Assembly: GCF_001194135.2 (NCBI RefSeq)
Contig: NC_068987.1
Location: 53,267,963 to 53,331,962, forward strand
Direction of reading: 5' to 3'
Origin: Octopus bimaculoides
Lineage: Eukaryota
DNA length: 64,000 bases
Shown: in pieces, positions 63,390-64,000 of the stretch
Numbering within the stretch: position 1 is the first letter of the stretch
Layout: every line of letters begins with the position of its first letter
Notes under the pieces: generated by a model
Seen by the model: only the letters and a program-made list of their open reading frames with translations
Database searches by the model: none
Told to the model about the DNA's origin: nothing
Translations under genes and position numbers: made by a program

Positions 63390-64000
63390 AGAGCGGCATT
63401 TTATCAGCCAGGCATAACGTGTACTTCGTGTTGCTATTGAAGTATGGTTTACATTACTCCAGGTTCTTCCACTTTATGTTGTACTCAGTGACGCTTTCTT
63501 TTAAAGACCAATGTGCTTGCCCAGGGTTGTGGCGTTCCGTCTCTCCGGGATGTTAAAGGAGGACTTGTGGTTGTTAAGGCGGAGCCTTCCGTTGCTCCTA
63601 TGTACATTTGGTTGCCCAGTTATTTCAGTGGCCGTTGCGTCTGCCTCATATACAACGATCTCCTTGTTACAGTGGCCGTTCAGTGGACATGTGTTACCCC
63701 TACATAAGCATCCTGCCTCTGTCATGTATGTGGCACGACTAACTAACATGTTTTTACATTTGGTGCTCAGCTAAAGGCAATTCTCACGTTATGCCTACTG
63801 AATATTTTGTTGAATCTATTTGTACGGGGGAAGTGCTTATTAACTAAGCTGAGAAAAATCTTACTTACTAGGATTTTAACATTTAAAGAGAAGGGCGGTG
63901 TAAACCAGAATATTTTCTGTTGTTGCATTTTGTTGGAGGGGTTAACTTCTGGCATATAACAAATCATATCCTTGTAACCGCTGGCAGCCGGCACCTCATT
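63390..64000 (-). mobile_element. Penelope-like remnant (thumb, linker, GIY-YIG), continuing beyond the window
   Basis: IFWFTPPFSLNVK...LVNKHFPRTNRFNKIFSRHNVRIAFS; CLCRGNTCPLNGHCNKEIVVYEA; RLNNHKSSFNIPERRNATTLGKHI; YNIKWK..CKPY..TLCL. Confidence 0.85.

Overview
AT-rich, microsatellite-dense eukaryotic genomic DNA with 11 N-gaps, nearly all flanked by simple repeats. The SINE families and repeat landscape resemble an octopus (coleoid cephalopod) scaffold; this is inferred from recalled repeat sequences, not a database search. Only one credible host coding segment was found: a ~1.2 kb plus-strand, probably terminal, exon (29616-30808) encoding an acidic Ser/Thr/Asn-rich disordered tail. The rest is mostly decayed transposable elements: at least five Penelope-like (RT plus GIY-YIG) remnants, one with an inverted 5' duplication carrying a degenerate hammerhead motif; RTE, L1/Tx1 and CR1/L2-like LINE remnants; two mariner remnants; a Tc1-type transposase with DD36E spacing; an 87-bp-TIR element in (TA)n; and three tRNA-derived SINE families. 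No rRNA, intact tRNA, CRISPR array or prokaryotic system is supported, and I cannot claim a new multi-gene system. Most ORF-track entries are microsatellite, gap or antisense artefacts. Element boundaries are hand-read and approximate unless TSDs or TIRs are quoted.
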